DNA from: an uncultured Methylomirabilota bacterium
Lineage (GTDB): Bacteria > Methylomirabilota > Methylomirabilia > Methylomirabilales > 2-02-FULL-66-22
Direction: 5' to 3'
Assembly: GCA_963705305.1 (NCBI GenBank)
Contig: OY970067.1
Span: 1,440,001-1,504,000 of the forward strand
Length of the DNA stretch: 64,000 nucleotides
In this document: positions 9,955 through 19,743 of the stretch, in pieces
Numbering within the stretch: the first letter of the stretch is position 1
How the letters are laid out: each line of letters starts with the position of its first letter
Translations under genes and position numbers: made by a program
The notes under the pieces: model-generated
What the model saw: only the letters and a program-made list of their open reading frames with translations
Told to the model about the DNA's origin: nothing
Database searches by the model: none

Positions 9955-11094
9955 GTGCGGCGGATGGGTCGAAGCGGTCTAATCAGACACAGCGGCGGGG
10001 TCTGGGTGACATGCCTGATCGCCTTGGTTGCGGCGTGCGCGTCCGCGGCCCGGGCGCCCGCCCAGGAGGGGGCCATCCGGCTCCCGCCCGGCTTTCAGCT
10101 GACCACCTTTGCCGCCGGACTGGGGGCGCCGCGCTTTCTGGCCGTGAGTCCCTCGGGTGATCTGTTCGTCTCCGTTCCCTCCCGCGGCGAGGTGCTGGTC
10201 TTGCCCGATCGGGACCGGGACGGGAAAGCGGACCGCGTGGTTGTCTACGCGCGGGGGCTGCGCCGGCCGCACGGGCTCGCCTTCTTCCGGGACTGGCTCT
10301 ACGTGGCCGAGACGGACGCGGTGGTGCGCTACGCCTACCGACCGGGCGATCTCGCGGCCGGCCGGTCCCAGATCGTGGTGCCCGTCCTCCCCGGCGGCGG
10401 GGGCCATTGGACCCGCACTATCGTTTTCGGCCCGGACGGAAAGATGTATGTCTCCGTGGGCTCGTCCTGCAACGCGTGCGTGGAGCGCGATCCCCGCCGG
10501 GCCGCCATTCTCCAGTTCAATCCCGACGGGAGCGACGGCCGGGTCTTCGCCCGGGGGATCCGCAACGCGGTCGGGCTGGCGTTTCAGCCCGGCACCGGGG
10601 CCTTGTGGGCCACGGACAATGGCCGGGACTGGCTGGGGGGCAACCGCCCCCCGGATACGATCCTGATGGTCAAGGACAAGGAGAACTACGGCTGGCCGTA
10701 TTGCCTCGGGCCGGCGATTGCGGACCCCGATCTGAGACGGCCGGCCCTCTGCACCCGCGTCGCGGCGCCGGTCGTCGAAATCCAGGCCCACTCCGCCCCC
10801 TTGGGCCTGACTTTCTACATGGGGGGCCTGTTCCCTGCCGAGTATCGCGGGAACCTGTTCGTCGCCCTGCACGGCTCGTGGAACCGATCCGTCCCCACCG
10901 GCTACAAGATCATCCGGTTCCCGATGCGGGGCGAGACCCCCGGCTCTCCGCGGGACTTCGCCACCGGCTGGCTGCAGGACGACCGGGCCTGGGGCCGGCC
11001 GGTGGACGTGATCACGGGATCGGACGGCGCCCTCTACGTGTCGGACGACCGTGCCGGAGCCGTCTACCGCATCGGCTCTTCCATCCCCCGCTGA
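9955..11094 (+). CDS. PQQ-dependent sugar/sorbosone dehydrogenase family beta-propeller
   Basis: Signal peptide; HWTR, SVGSSCNAC, GIRNAVG, HSAPLG, HGSWNR, GRPVDV. Confidence 0.88.
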   Translation: MRRMGRSGLIRHSGGVWVTCLIALVAACASAARAPAQEGAIRLPPGFQLTTFAAGLGAPRFLAVSPSGDLFVSVPSRGEVLVLPDRDRDGKADRVVVYARGLRRPHGLAFFRDWLYVAETDAVVRYAYRPGDLAAGRSQIVVPVLPGGGGHWTRTIVFGPDGKMYVSVGSSCNACVERDPRRAAILQFNPDGSDGRVFARGIRNAVGLAFQPGTGALWATDNGRDWLGGNRPPDTILMVKDKENYGWPYCLGPAIADPDLRRPALCTRVAAPVVEIQAHSAPLGLTFYMGGLFPAEYRGNLFVALHGSWNRSVPTGYKIIRFPMRGETPGSPRDFATGWLQDDRAWGRPVDVITGSDGALYVSDDRAGAVYRIGSSIPR

Positions 11095-11193
11095 CGCCGC
11101 GGCGGGCGCGGTTTTTCCTTGCCCGACATGCCATTCCCTGGCATTCTCAATTCAGGGCCGGGCGCCGAGAACCTCGAACGGGGTGCGGGGGCC

Positions 11194-11880
11194 GTGAGAG
11201 TCTTGCTGGTCGAGGACGACCGCAAGGTCGCCAGCTTCATTCGCAAGGGCCTGGAGGAGGAGGGTTACGCCGCGGACGTGGCCTCCGACGGAGAGACGGG
11301 GCTCTTGATGGGACTGGACCGGCTGCACAACGTCATCATCCTGGACGTGATGCTGCCGGGAAAGTCGGGATTCCAGATCGTCCGGGAGCTGCGCCAAGCC
11401 AAGGTCCCCACGCCCATCCTGCTCCTCACCGCGCGAGACACCCTGGAGGACAAGGTGCAGGGGCTGGACGCGGGAGCGGACGACTACCTGACCAAGCCGT
11501 TTGCCTTCGCGGAGCTCCTGGCCCGAGTGCGAGCCCTGCTGCGCCGGGCGGTGGATGCACGCTCCCCGCGCCTCACGCTGGTGGACCTGGTTCTGGATCC
11601 GGCCACGCGGACGGTGACGCGGGGGGGCGTTCCTGTGGCCCTCACCAACCGGGAATTCTCCCTGCTCGAGTACTTCATGCACAATCCCAGCCGCGTATTG
11701 ACGCGCACCATGATTGCCGAGCACGTCTGGGACTACTCGTTCGACTCCTCGACGAACGTGATCGACGTGTATGTGAACTATCTGCGAAAGAAGATCGACG
11801 CGGGCCGCCAGCCCAAATTGCTGCACACGGTGCGCGGGGTGGGGTACGTCCTGAAGGAAGAGCCCAGGGATGAGCGCTGA
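11194..11880 (+). CDS. OmpR-family response regulator, CusR/CzcR-like
   Basis: ILDVMLPG, GADDYLTKPFAFAELLAR, HVWDYSFDSSTNVIDVY, HTVRGVGY. Confidence 0.9.
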   Translation: MRVLLVEDDRKVASFIRKGLEEEGYAADVASDGETGLLMGLDRLHNVIILDVMLPGKSGFQIVRELRQAKVPTPILLLTARDTLEDKVQGLDAGADDYLTKPFAFAELLARVRALLRRAVDARSPRLTLVDLVLDPATRTVTRGGVPVALTNREFSLLEYFMHNPSRVLTRTMIAEHVWDYSFDSSTNVIDVYVNYLRKKIDAGRQPKLLHTVRGVGYVLKEEPRDER

Positions 11881-13372
11881 GAGGACGCGGCTGTCGATCC
11901 GAGCCCGACTCACACTGTGGTACACGGGGATCCTGGCCGCCACCCTGATCCTCCTGGGGGGGGTGGCCTATGGGCTCTTGATGCGGGGGCTCTGGCACGA
12001 CGTAGATGCCACCCTGCAGGGCGTCGCCAAGGCCATGACGCGCACGGCCCAGGCGCAGGCGGCGGACCCCTTCTTCCCTCCCGAGATGGACCAGATCCTG
12101 CGGCAGTTCATGGGTCCCAGTGTGGCGGACAAGTTCTACCAGTTTCTGGACCCCCTCGGACACCCCGACCCTCGTCTGCCGCAGCTGCACGGAGGGCTCA
12201 TTCCCGTCAGCCCGGAGGCCCTTCGGAACGCGGCCCATGGACAGCCGACCTTCGAGACCGACCCGGGCGACGGGCCGTATCCCACGCGCGTCCTGACCGT
12301 TCCCATCATGACCCGCGGCCGCACGGTCAATGTCCTCCAGGTGGGGATGTCCCTGGAGGGGCTGCACAAGGCCCGGCAGCACTTCCTATGGGCCCTGGCT
12401 GCCTTGATGCCGCTAGGCCTGATCCTGGCGGGCGGAGGCGGGTGGCTGCTGGCGAGGCGGGCACTCAAACCGGTGGACCAGATGACCACAGTGGCCCGGC
12501 GCATCGGGGCCGAGGAGCTCGGCCGCCGGCTGGATGAGGCGGGGGCGGACGACGAGCTGGGGCGCCTGGCCCGCACCCTCAACGGGATGCTGGACCGCCT
12601 GGAGGCGGCCTTCGCCCAGATGCGGCGCTTCTCAGCCGACGCGTCGCACGAGCTGCGCACGCCCCTCACCGTGCTGAAGGGCGAGATCGAGGTGGCCCTG
12701 AAGAGTCCGCGGGGGCCCGAAGAGTACCGCCAGGTCCTGGCCAGCGCCCTCGAGGAGGTCGAGCGGATGGCGCGGCTGGTGGACGAGCTCTTGCTGCTGT
12801 CGCGGGCGGATGCCGGGGCGCTCGGGTGGGGGAGCGCGCCGGTCGAACTGGACCGGCTGGTGGAGGAGGTCGCCAAGCAGGGAGAGATCCTGGGCCGAGG
12901 CCGTCAGGTGCGGGTAAGCATCGACGGACTGGAGCCGCTGGTGACGCGGGGTGACGATCACCGCCTCAAACAGCTCTTGTTGAACCTGGTGGACAACGCC
13001 GTCAAGTACACGCCCCCGGGCGGACAGGTCCGGCTGGCGCTCCGCCGCCTGCCAGGAGGGCCCGATGGTCCGCCACCGGACTCCGGGACCCCGGCCGGCG
13101 CCCCGGCCGCCCGGGTGTCGGGGGAATCCTCGGGCGAGTGGGCCGAGATCGTGGTCCGCGACACCGGTGTGGGAATCCCCCCCGAGGTGTTGCCGCGGAT
13201 CTTCGAGCGCTTCTACCGCGCGGACCCGGCCCGCTCGCGAGAGGCGGGGGGAGCCGGCCTGGGGCTGTGCATCGCCAGGACCATCGCCGAGGCGCACGGC
13301 GGCACCATCACGGCCCGGAGCGCCCCGGGTCTCGGCAGCACCTTCACCGTCCTCTTGCCGTTGGCCGGGTGA
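11870..13372 (+). CDS. Sensor histidine kinase, CusS/CzcS-like (HAMP-HisKA-HATPase)
   Basis: Two TMs, HAMP, FSADASHELRTPL, NLVDNAVKY, GAGLGL. Confidence 0.9.
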   Translation: MSAERTRLSIRARLTLWYTGILAATLILLGGVAYGLLMRGLWHDVDATLQGVAKAMTRTAQAQAADPFFPPEMDQILRQFMGPSVADKFYQFLDPLGHPDPRLPQLHGGLIPVSPEALRNAAHGQPTFETDPGDGPYPTRVLTVPIMTRGRTVNVLQVGMSLEGLHKARQHFLWALAALMPLGLILAGGGGWLLARRALKPVDQMTTVARRIGAEELGRRLDEAGADDELGRLARTLNGMLDRLEAAFAQMRRFSADASHELRTPLTVLKGEIEVALKSPRGPEEYRQVLASALEEVERMARLVDELLLLSRADAGALGWGSAPVELDRLVEEVAKQGEILGRGRQVRVSIDGLEPLVTRGDDHRLKQLLLNLVDNAVKYTPPGGQVRLALRRLPGGPDGPPPDSGTPAGAPAARVSGESSGEWAEIVVRDTGVGIPPEVLPRIFERFYRADPARSREAGGAGLGLCIARTIAEAHGGTITARSAPGLGSTFTVLLPLAG

Positions 13373-13544
13373 GGGGCACAGTCCGCCGCCTATCGCCCGG
13401 GGCCGCAACCGACGCTTGGCAAGGCGCCCGGAGGAGTGGTATTCTCCCGCCGTTTTCCCACCGGGAGGATTGCGGACCCTGTCACCCGAGAGGAACAGGA
13501 TGCCAAAGCAGACTGCCAGATCGCGGGCCGCGACGGGGGAGGCC

Positions 13545-14735
13545 ATGGCGAAGTTGGGACTTTCCACCCGTTCGGTCCATGCGGGCGAGGATCGCCTGCG
13601 CTATGCGGATTCCATCACCACCCCCATTGTGCAAACGTCCACCTACGCCTTCAAGAGCAGCCGGGAGATCGAGGCGTATACCAAGCGTGGGAAGGCCCGC
13701 TACGAGTACGGCCGCTACGGGAATCCCACCGAGGCGGTGGCCGAGCGCCGGCTGGCGGCGCTGGCGGGCGCCGAAGCCTGTCTTCTGTTCGGGTCCGGCA
13801 TGAGCGCCATCACCACGACCATCCTGGCGTTCGTGCGCAGCCGGGATCACATCGTCATCACGGACGATGCCTACAAGAAGACCCTGGAGTTTTGCAGCGC
13901 GTACCTGCAGCGCTTCGGCGTGGACTGCAGCATCGTGCCCTTCGGGGATTACGCGGCCATCGAGGCCGCCATCCGGCCCAGCACGCGCTTCATCTTTTCG
14001 GAGTCTCCCACCAACCCGTACCTCAATATCTTTGACCTGCGAAAGCTGCGCGACATCGCGCGGCGCCATAACGTGATGACCATGATCGACGCCACCTTCA
14101 GCACGCCGTTCAATCAGCGGCCGCTGGAGTGGGGCGTGGATCTCGAGCTGCACAGCTGCACCAAGTACCTGGGCGGGCACAACGACATCCTGGCCGGGGC
14201 GGTCCTGGGGCGGCGGGAGCTGGTCGACGAGATCCGGAAGCTGCACAAGGCCATGGGCGGGGTCATCGACCCGCACTGCTGCTACCTGCTACTGCGGGGC
14301 CTCAAGACGTTCCGGCTGCGCATGGAAGCCCACAACACCACGGCCTTGAACGTGGCGCGCTTCCTGGAAGCCCATCCCCAGGTCGAGCGGGTCTACTATC
14401 CCGGCCTGGCGAGCCACCCCCACCACGCCATCGCCAAGGCCCAGATGTCCGGATTCGGCGGGGTCGTGACGTTTTCCATCAAGGGCACGTTGGGGACGGC
14501 CAAGCGCTTCCTGGACGGCCTGGGGCTGTGCTACATCGCCCCCAGCCTGGGCGGGGTGGAGACGCTGATCACGCATCCCGCCACCGTGACCTACTACGAC
14601 TGCACGCGGAAGCAGCGGTACCAGCTGGGCATCACCGACACCCTCATCCGGCTGGCCGTCGGCATCGAGGACTGCGCGGACATCATCGCGGACCTCGACC
14701 AGGCGCTGAAGCAGGCCGCCACGGGCCGCCGATAG
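13545..14735 (+). CDS. Cys/Met metabolism PLP enzyme (cystathionine gamma-synthase-like); alternative start 13500
   Basis: YGRYGNPT, SGMSA, ESPTNP, HSCTKYLGGH (PLP lysine), SLGGVE, RLAVGIE. Confidence 0.9.
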   Translation: MAKLGLSTRSVHAGEDRLRYADSITTPIVQTSTYAFKSSREIEAYTKRGKARYEYGRYGNPTEAVAERRLAALAGAEACLLFGSGMSAITTTILAFVRSRDHIVITDDAYKKTLEFCSAYLQRFGVDCSIVPFGDYAAIEAAIRPSTRFIFSESPTNPYLNIFDLRKLRDIARRHNVMTMIDATFSTPFNQRPLEWGVDLELHSCTKYLGGHNDILAGAVLGRRELVDEIRKLHKAMGGVIDPHCCYLLLRGLKTFRLRMEAHNTTALNVARFLEAHPQVERVYYPGLASHPHHAIAKAQMSGFGGVVTFSIKGTLGTAKRFLDGLGLCYIAPSLGGVETLITHPATVTYYDCTRKQRYQLGITDTLIRLAVGIEDCADIIADLDQALKQAATGRR

Positions 14736-14814
14736 CCCCGTCCGTCTGCCCCCATCCAAGAAAACACGGCGGGTGCGTTCTGCGCACCCGCCGTGGTGTG
14801 TCCGGAGCGGTCGA

Positions 14815-17115
14815 CTAGCGGGCCGCGGCCCGGTGGGTCGCCCCGGCGACCGCCTCCGGGAGGCCCGCCGGTGTCTTGGCATAGCTCCAGCCCGTCCACA
14901 GGCCCAGCATGAAGTAGACCAGCGACACCGTCCCCAGCGTGAACACGCTGTCCCCGATGATGCGCAGCCAGCGCAACGTCTGGAGCGCTGGCAGCTGGAG
15001 GAAGTCCGCACTACGGGCGAACCAGACGCCGTGCTCGACACTGGCCCAAGTCTGGGCCAGGCCGACGGGAAGGAGGCTCAGCAGCACCATCAGGACCAGT
15101 CCGATGTTGGTTCCCCAGAAGGCCAGGGCGATCGGCCACTCGCGCCACTCCCGGGCGCCGGTGAGGAAGCGGGCCACCAGGAGCGTCAGGCCCAGCGAGA
15201 GCAGGCCGTAGACGCCGAACAGCGCCGTGTGGGCGTGCACCGGGGTCGTGTTGAGACCCTGCATGTAGTAGAGGGCAATGGGCGGGTTGATGAGAAAGCC
15301 GAACAGGCCCGCCCCTACCAGATTCCAAAAGGCCACCCCCACGAAGAAGCGGATGGGCCAGCGGTAGCGCTGCATCCAAGGAGCTGCCTGCCGCTGGCGG
15401 CTGGTCTGGTAGGCCTCAAAGCCGATCAGCACCAGCGGGACGACCTCCAGGGCGCTGAAGACGGCCCCGACGGCCATAATGGAGGTGGGCGTGCCGCTGA
15501 AGTAGAGATGATGGAAGGTCCCCGGGACGCCGCCGAAGAGGTACAGCGCGCTGGAGGCGATCACGGCGTTGCCCGCCCGCCGCCTGTCCACCAAGCCCAT
15601 GCGGGAAAACGTGAAGGCCAGCGCCGCGGTGGCGAAGACCTCGAAGAAGCCCTCCACCCACAGGTGCACCACCCACCAGCGCCAGTACTCCATGACCGAC
15701 AGGTGCGTGCGCGCGTCGAAAAAGAATCCCGCGGCGTACATCAGGCCGATGGCGGCGCTGGCCCCCGCGAACATCAGGATCAGCGGCCGGGCCTCGTCCC
15801 GCCGCCGCAGGGCCGGCGCCAGGCCCCGCAGCATGAGCCCCAGCCACAGGACCAGGCCGACGAAGAGGGCGATCTGCCAGGCCCGCCCCAGATCCACGTA
15901 CTCGTACCCCTGGTCCCCGAACCAGAACCCGGCGTTCAGTCCCAGCCGCTGGTGGATGGAGAGGTATTCCCCCGCCAGCGACCCGACCACCACCAGGAGC
16001 AGGGCGCCGAAGAGCAGGTTCACGCCCAGCCGCTGGAAGCGCGGCTCGCGCCCGCCGACCGCCGGCGCCAGGAACAGCCCGGCGGCCAGGAAGGCCGTGG
16101 CGATCCAGAAGACTCCCGTCTGGATGTGCCAGGTGCGGGAGAGGGCGTACGGAATCCAGCGTGCCAGAGGGATGCCGTAGAACGCCTGGCCCTCCACGGT
16201 ATAGTGGGCGGTCAAGATACCCAGGAGGACCTGCACGCCGAAAAGCCCGATGACCGTCGCCAAGTACTTGCCCACCGCGTGCATCGAGGGCGTGAGCTGG
16301 ATACCAGACATGGGGTCGGTCCGGGGCGGCGCGACGGGGAGGTCCGCTTCGTGGCGGAAGGCCGTCCACCACACGACCGCCCCCACCCCCCCCAGCAGCA
16401 GGAAGATGCTCAGGATGGACCAGAGCAGGGTGGCTCCGGTGGGGACATTCCCGATCAGCGGCTCGTGCGGCCAGTTGTTGGTGTAGGTGACGGTCGAGCC
16501 GGGGCGATCCGTGGCGCAGGCCCAGCTGGTCCAGAAGAAGAAGTCGGTGAGCTTGCTTCGCCGGACCGGGTCGGGAACCGTCACGTCCTGCATGGCGTAG
16601 GCCTGGCGCAGCCGGTCCAGGGACGGATCGCCGCCGAACAGGGCGTCATAGTGCCGGGCTGTCCGGGCGATGGCCGCCTGCCGGTCGGCCGAGATGACCA
16701 GCGTGCCGGCGGCCGGATCGTAGGTGTTGGTGCGGAGCTCCGTGCGCAGCCGCTCCGTGAGGGCGGCCTGCCGCTCGGCCGGCAGGGCCTGGAAAGAAGC
16801 GGCGCCTTCGCGCTCGGCCCAGATGGCGAGGAGGGCCTCCGCCTCGCGGTGCAGCCAGTCGGCTGACCAGTCGGGCGCTTGGTAGGCCCCGTGGCCCCAC
16901 ACGGTGCCCAGCTCCTGGCCGCCGGTGGACTGCCAGACTTGCTGCCCGGTGAGGATGTCATCCCGCGTCATGACCGCCGCCCCATCCGCGGCCACCACGC
17001 GCTGGGGTATGGGCGGGGCCTGCCGGTACACCTCCCGGCCGAAGAACCCCAGGATGAAGAAGGCAACGGCGAGGGTGCCCCCCAGAAGCCACCAAGCCTT
17101 TCGCGTCCCGGTCAT
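14815..17115 (-). CDS. norZ: Quinol-dependent nitric oxide reductase (qNor, NorZ type)
   Basis: GHGAYQAPDW, RTWH, WVVHLWVEGFFE, GTFHHLY, LEVVPL, HAHTALFGVYG, WLRIIGD: canonical qNor ligands. Confidence 0.93.
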   Translation of the reverse strand: MTGTRKAWWLLGGTLAVAFFILGFFGREVYRQAPPIPQRVVAADGAAVMTRDDILTGQQVWQSTGGQELGTVWGHGAYQAPDWSADWLHREAEALLAIWAEREGAASFQALPAERQAALTERLRTELRTNTYDPAAGTLVISADRQAAIARTARHYDALFGGDPSLDRLRQAYAMQDVTVPDPVRRSKLTDFFFWTSWACATDRPGSTVTYTNNWPHEPLIGNVPTGATLLWSILSIFLLLGGVGAVVWWTAFRHEADLPVAPPRTDPMSGIQLTPSMHAVGKYLATVIGLFGVQVLLGILTAHYTVEGQAFYGIPLARWIPYALSRTWHIQTGVFWIATAFLAAGLFLAPAVGGREPRFQRLGVNLLFGALLLVVVGSLAGEYLSIHQRLGLNAGFWFGDQGYEYVDLGRAWQIALFVGLVLWLGLMLRGLAPALRRRDEARPLILMFAGASAAIGLMYAAGFFFDARTHLSVMEYWRWWVVHLWVEGFFEVFATAALAFTFSRMGLVDRRRAGNAVIASSALYLFGGVPGTFHHLYFSGTPTSIMAVGAVFSALEVVPLVLIGFEAYQTSRQRQAAPWMQRYRWPIRFFVGVAFWNLVGAGLFGFLINPPIALYYMQGLNTTPVHAHTALFGVYGLLSLGLTLLVARFLTGAREWREWPIALAFWGTNIGLVLMVLLSLLPVGLAQTWASVEHGVWFARSADFLQLPALQTLRWLRIIGDSVFTLGTVSLVYFMLGLWTGWSYAKTPAGLPEAVAGATHRAAAR

Positions 17116-17127
17116 GAGAACCTCCTG

Positions 17128-17790
17128 TCACTCGTAAAGGGCGCGGGGGAATAGCACGTTGTTCTCGAGGTGGATGTGCTCCATCAGCTCGTCGGAGAGG
17201 CGGCCGAGGCGAAGATACAGGGCCCGCCAGGTTGTGCAAGCCTCGGGCGGCGCGGTGAGGTCGGCGGTCAGTTCCCGCAGCCGCTCCAGCGAGCGGCCAT
17301 GGTCCTCGTGCTCCTGCTCCATGACATGGATGGGGCCGCCCGCCCCCGCTCCGCGGCCGGACCGGATCATGGGGAAGAGCACGAGCTCCTCCTTGGCCAG
17401 GTGGTCGAGGACGGCGGCGTGCATCGCCGCGAGGTGGGCGGCGAGCCCATGGGGACATGTCGATTTCTCGGTGTGGACCTTTTCCACCTTCTCGGCCAGG
17501 GTGATTAGCTCTGGCAGCTCGCTGCGCAGGCGGGCGTGGTAGTGGTCCACGATGAAGCTGATGAGATCGCCCAGCGGGCGGCGGCTCCATGCCGTCACAT
17601 CGTCCGGTGCCGCTTCCTCGGCTGCGATGGCATCCAGGACGGCTTGGGGGTCCAGTCCCTTCTCGGCGCAGGCCTCCGCGAGGGGCCGCCGGCCGTGGCA
17701 GCAAAAATCGAGACCGTGCGAGAGAAAGACGCGGGTGGCTCCAGGATGGGAGACCGCGAGATCAGAGAGTGTGGCGCTTGCATTCGTCAT
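17128..17790 (-). CDS. ric: Iron-sulfur cluster repair di-iron protein (Ric/YtfE)
   Basis: DFCCHG, YH, HLAKEE..LFP, MEQEHE, HIHLENNVLFP; AGGAG RBS. Confidence 0.93.
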   Translation of the reverse strand: MTNASATLSDLAVSHPGATRVFLSHGLDFCCHGRRPLAEACAEKGLDPQAVLDAIAAEEAAPDDVTAWSRRPLGDLISFIVDHYHARLRSELPELITLAEKVEKVHTEKSTCPHGLAAHLAAMHAAVLDHLAKEELVLFPMIRSGRGAGAGGPIHVMEQEHEDHGRSLERLRELTADLTAPPEACTTWRALYLRLGRLSDELMEHIHLENNVLFPRALYE

Positions 17791-17832
17791 GGCTTTTCTC
17801 CTTTTGGGTTGCCTTCCTGTAACCAGAAGTAA

Positions 17833-17848
17833 AGCATGGCAGGTGCCA
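17833..17848 (-). promoter_or_regulatory. Sigma54 promoter for ric-qNor
   Basis: Minus strand TGGCAC-CTGCC-ATGCT matches the -24/-12 consensus; AT-rich spacer toward divergent norR. Confidence 0.8.
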
Positions 17849-17937
17849 GGATCTAATTTATTGTTTTGACAGCGATTCTCCATTGAGTTATTATTTTTAT
17901 AACCCAAATAGGTTGTCATGAAGTAAACACGTTATTA

Positions 17938-19515
17938 ATGGAACAACATAGTCAGCAGCTGGAAGTCCTCCTTGACATCGCCAGGGATCTCACCGCCTCC
18001 CTGGGGACAGCCGACCGATACGCGCGGCTTCTGGATGCCGTCACCAGGGTGATCCCGTGCGACGCCGCCTGCCTGCTGCGTCTGGAGGGGGACGAGCTCG
18101 TCCCCGTGGCGGCGCGCGGCCTGGTGGAGGCGGCGCTGGACAGGCGGTTTGACCGGCGGCAGCATCCCCGGCTGGATGTCATCCTGCGCTCGGAAGAGCC
18201 GGTGCGCTTCCCGGCGGACAGCCCGCTGGCAGATCCCTTCGATGGCTTCGTTGCCGCCCACCCGCACGCGCTCACCCGGATTCATGCCTGTCTCGGCTGC
18301 CGCCTGACCGAGGGGAGCCAGGTCGTAGGCGCCCTGACCTCGGATGCCCTGGAACCCCGCGCCTTCGATGGCCTGGACCAGCGCATGCTCGCCACGCTGG
18401 GCGCCTTGGCGGGGGCGGCGATGCGGACCACGGCCCTCATCGAGGCGCTGGAGCGGACGGCCGAGCGGCGCGGCCAAGTGGCGCGCGAGCTGCAACGCAG
18501 CGCCGGTCCGTCCGGCGGGGCGCACATCCTGGGCGCCGGAGCGGCTACGCGTCGTCTGCTCGAAGAGATCGAGCTGGTGGCCCGCTCGGATCTGGCGGTC
18601 CTGATCACGGGCGAGACCGGCACCGGGAAAGAGCTGGTGGCCCGGCAGATCCACGAGGCCTCCGCGCGCCGGGAAGAAGCGCTCATCCAGATCAATTGCG
18701 CCGCCCTCCCCGAGTCCATCGCGGAGAGCGAACTCTTCGGCCACGTCGCCGGCGCTTTCACGGGAGCGGTGCGTCCCCGCGCCGGGAAGTTCGAGATCGC
18801 CGACGGGGGCACGCTGTTTTTGGACGAGGTCGGAGAGCTGCCGCTCGTCTTGCAGCCCAAGCTCCTCCGGGCCATCGAGTACGGAGAGATCCAGCGGGTC
18901 GGCTCGGACCGGCCGGTGCGGGTCAATGTGCGGATCCTGGCGGCGACCAACCGTGACCTGCAGGCAGAGGTCGCCGCCGGGCGCTTTCGCGCCGACCTGT
19001 ATCACCGGCTGGCCGTCTATCCCATCCACGTGCCGCCGCTGCGTGATCGGAGGGAAGACATCCCCGTCCTTGCCGCGCAGTTCCTGGACCTCAGCCGGCA
19101 GCGCTTGGGGCTGCCTCCCATCCGCATGACCGACGAGGCCCGCGAGCGCCTGGTCGCGTTCGATTGGCCCGGCAACGTCCGCGAACTCGAGAACGTCATC
19201 AGCCGCGGCGCCCTGCGGGCCGCGCGGGCCCGGGGTGGACGCTCGGCGTCAGTCGTGGTGGGCGCGGAGCACCTGGACCTCGACGCTCCGTTGGGGCCGG
19301 CAAGCCCATCCGCGGCCAGGACAGGGGCCCCAGGTTCCCCGGAGGGGGCCGCGACGGCATCGCTGGCGGATCGGGTGGGCACCTTCCGGCGCCACGAGAT
19401 CATGAGCGCGGTCGAGCGGCACGGCGGCAACTGGGCCGCCGCCGCCCGAGAGCTGGGGCTGCAGCGCAGCAACCTGCATCACCTGGCCCGCCGCCTGGGC
19501 CTCCGGAAATCCTAG
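17938..19515 (+). CDS. norR: NO-responsive sigma54 activator NorR
   Basis: N-terminal GAF (DPFDG, HACLGC), GETGTGKE, ESELFGHVAGAFTGA, WPGNVRELEN, C-terminal HTH; divergent from ric-qNor. Confidence 0.92.
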   Translation: MEQHSQQLEVLLDIARDLTASLGTADRYARLLDAVTRVIPCDAACLLRLEGDELVPVAARGLVEAALDRRFDRRQHPRLDVILRSEEPVRFPADSPLADPFDGFVAAHPHALTRIHACLGCRLTEGSQVVGALTSDALEPRAFDGLDQRMLATLGALAGAAMRTTALIEALERTAERRGQVARELQRSAGPSGGAHILGAGAATRRLLEEIELVARSDLAVLITGETGTGKELVARQIHEASARREEALIQINCAALPESIAESELFGHVAGAFTGAVRPRAGKFEIADGGTLFLDEVGELPLVLQPKLLRAIEYGEIQRVGSDRPVRVNVRILAATNRDLQAEVAAGRFRADLYHRLAVYPIHVPPLRDRREDIPVLAAQFLDLSRQRLGLPPIRMTDEARERLVAFDWPGNVRELENVISRGALRAARARGGRSASVVVGAEHLDLDAPLGPASPSAARTGAPGSPEGAATASLADRVGTFRRHEIMSAVERHGGNWAAAARELGLQRSNLHHLARRLGLRKS

Positions 19516-19743
19516 ACCCGATTCAGCAAAGGTGACCGGGAGCAAGAAACGCAGGGGCGCACCGCTGCGCTCGGGGGCAGGGGAGCAGGGGTGAAGGGGT
19601 CGGCCCCTCCGGTCGGGCTTTATCCTTGACAGGCGCACAGGCGCCGCGACATGCTACGCCACACTTCGCTGCCGGGCAAACGCCTGGGATCCGAGAGTCG
19701 AGACGGTTCCGAGCTTGCGGCGTGTCCAGGAGGAGGGAGCGTC

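Noticed and set aside
14815..17115. Possible NO dismutase (Nod)
   Set aside because: Catalytic and quinol-site motifs are canonical qNor (HLWVEGFFE, HHLY, RTWH, GD), and the norR/ric context indicates detoxification
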